This document shows, piece by piece, positions 6,971 to 7,432 of a stretch of 7,432 nt of DNA. This DNA is from Octopus sinensis. Its lineage: Eukaryota. Positions within the stretch are counted from its first letter, which is position 1. Each line of letters opens with the position of its first letter. The position numbers and the translations under genes were made by a program. The notes below the pieces were generated by a model. That model was not told the DNA's origin. It did no database searches and was given only the letters and a program-made list of their open reading frames with translations. The stretch spans positions 1 to 7,432 of the forward strand of contig NW_021828854.1 of NCBI RefSeq assembly GCF_006345805.1, written 5' to 3'.

Positions 6971-7140
6971 TATGACGCGATTCTTTTCAGTCTCCGACCA
7001 ACAAATCGACTCGAAGAGCTTTGATCGGCCAGAGATTACAGCAGAAGACACACACCCATGGTGGCCCGCAGTGGGATTGAACCAGGAACCATGTAAATGG
7101 GAAGGGAAGCAACTTCATGGGCTGCAGCCACGCATGCAGC
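6971..7140 (-). mobile_element. Diverged 5'-half copy of the same SINE family
   Basis: TTCTTTTCAGTCTCCGACCAACAAATCGACTC..GCTTTGATCGGCC..AGAAGACAC..GCAGTGGGATTGAACCAGGAACCATG aligns with 3657-3770. B box GGTTCAATCCC at 7083-7073; decayed (CA) tract at ~6940-6970. Confidence 0.85.
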
Positions 7141-7283
7141 TGTTGATGGCGTGCTTTCATGTAAGGCCACTCGCTTTAGATCATACAGATGTTTAAATAG
7201 ATTATTAATTGTATCACGAAACGAAACTATTCGTAATAGTGTGTTCATCGCACGAGCACTATACCAACAATGCACATATGGGT

Positions 7284-7298
7284 GTATATGCGTGTATA

Positions 7299-7358
<60 letters not shown>

Positions 7359-7432
7359 TATAATATATACGTAATATATATATATATATATATACGTATA
7401 TATATATATATACGTATATATATATATATATA
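7284..7432. repeat. (TA)n microsatellite with periodic TACG interruptions, running off the window
   Basis: Directly visible. Confidence 0.98.

Noticed and set aside
4151-7363. Small ORFs in the right half (IY-rich, SINE-derived, and 5978-6163 antisense to the Tc1 transposase)
   Set aside because: They arise from microsatellites or are shadows of the mobile elements; no independent coding evidence.

Overview
Eukaryotic, repeat-rich, essentially non-genic DNA, most likely from an octopus (inferred from my recognition of the SINE family and the microsatellite style; not checked against a database). No intact gene can be confidently called. From left to right: (1) a possible 3' end of an unidentified + strand coding sequence (to 245); (2) a ~2.8-kb degenerate (ATC/GAT)n array (311-3050) that reads as poly-Asp on the - strand, with a 413-codon stop-free, start-less frame (2688-1450) the ORF track only catches from 1632, internal higher-order repeats, and about ten register shifts and several stops elsewhere; (3) a GA-rich tract; (4) a near full-length tRNA-derived SINE (-, 3396-3810) and two older partial copies; (5) a Tc1 transposon left end with TIR and decayed transposase N-terminus (-, 5976-6379); (6) a Helitron-type 3' terminus (6592-6620); (7) two minimal hammerhead-ribozyme cores of the Penelope/retrozyme type (+ 4001-4030; - 6739-6765), each in a short non-coding unit next to (TA)n; (8) many (TA)n, (TG)n and (CT)n microsatellites. 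Nearly all ORFs in the supplied track (poly-Ile, -Met, -His, -Ser, -IY) are reading-frame shadows of these repeats. The best leads are the two hammerhead units and whether the Asp array is a relic or mis-assembled acidic-protein gene.
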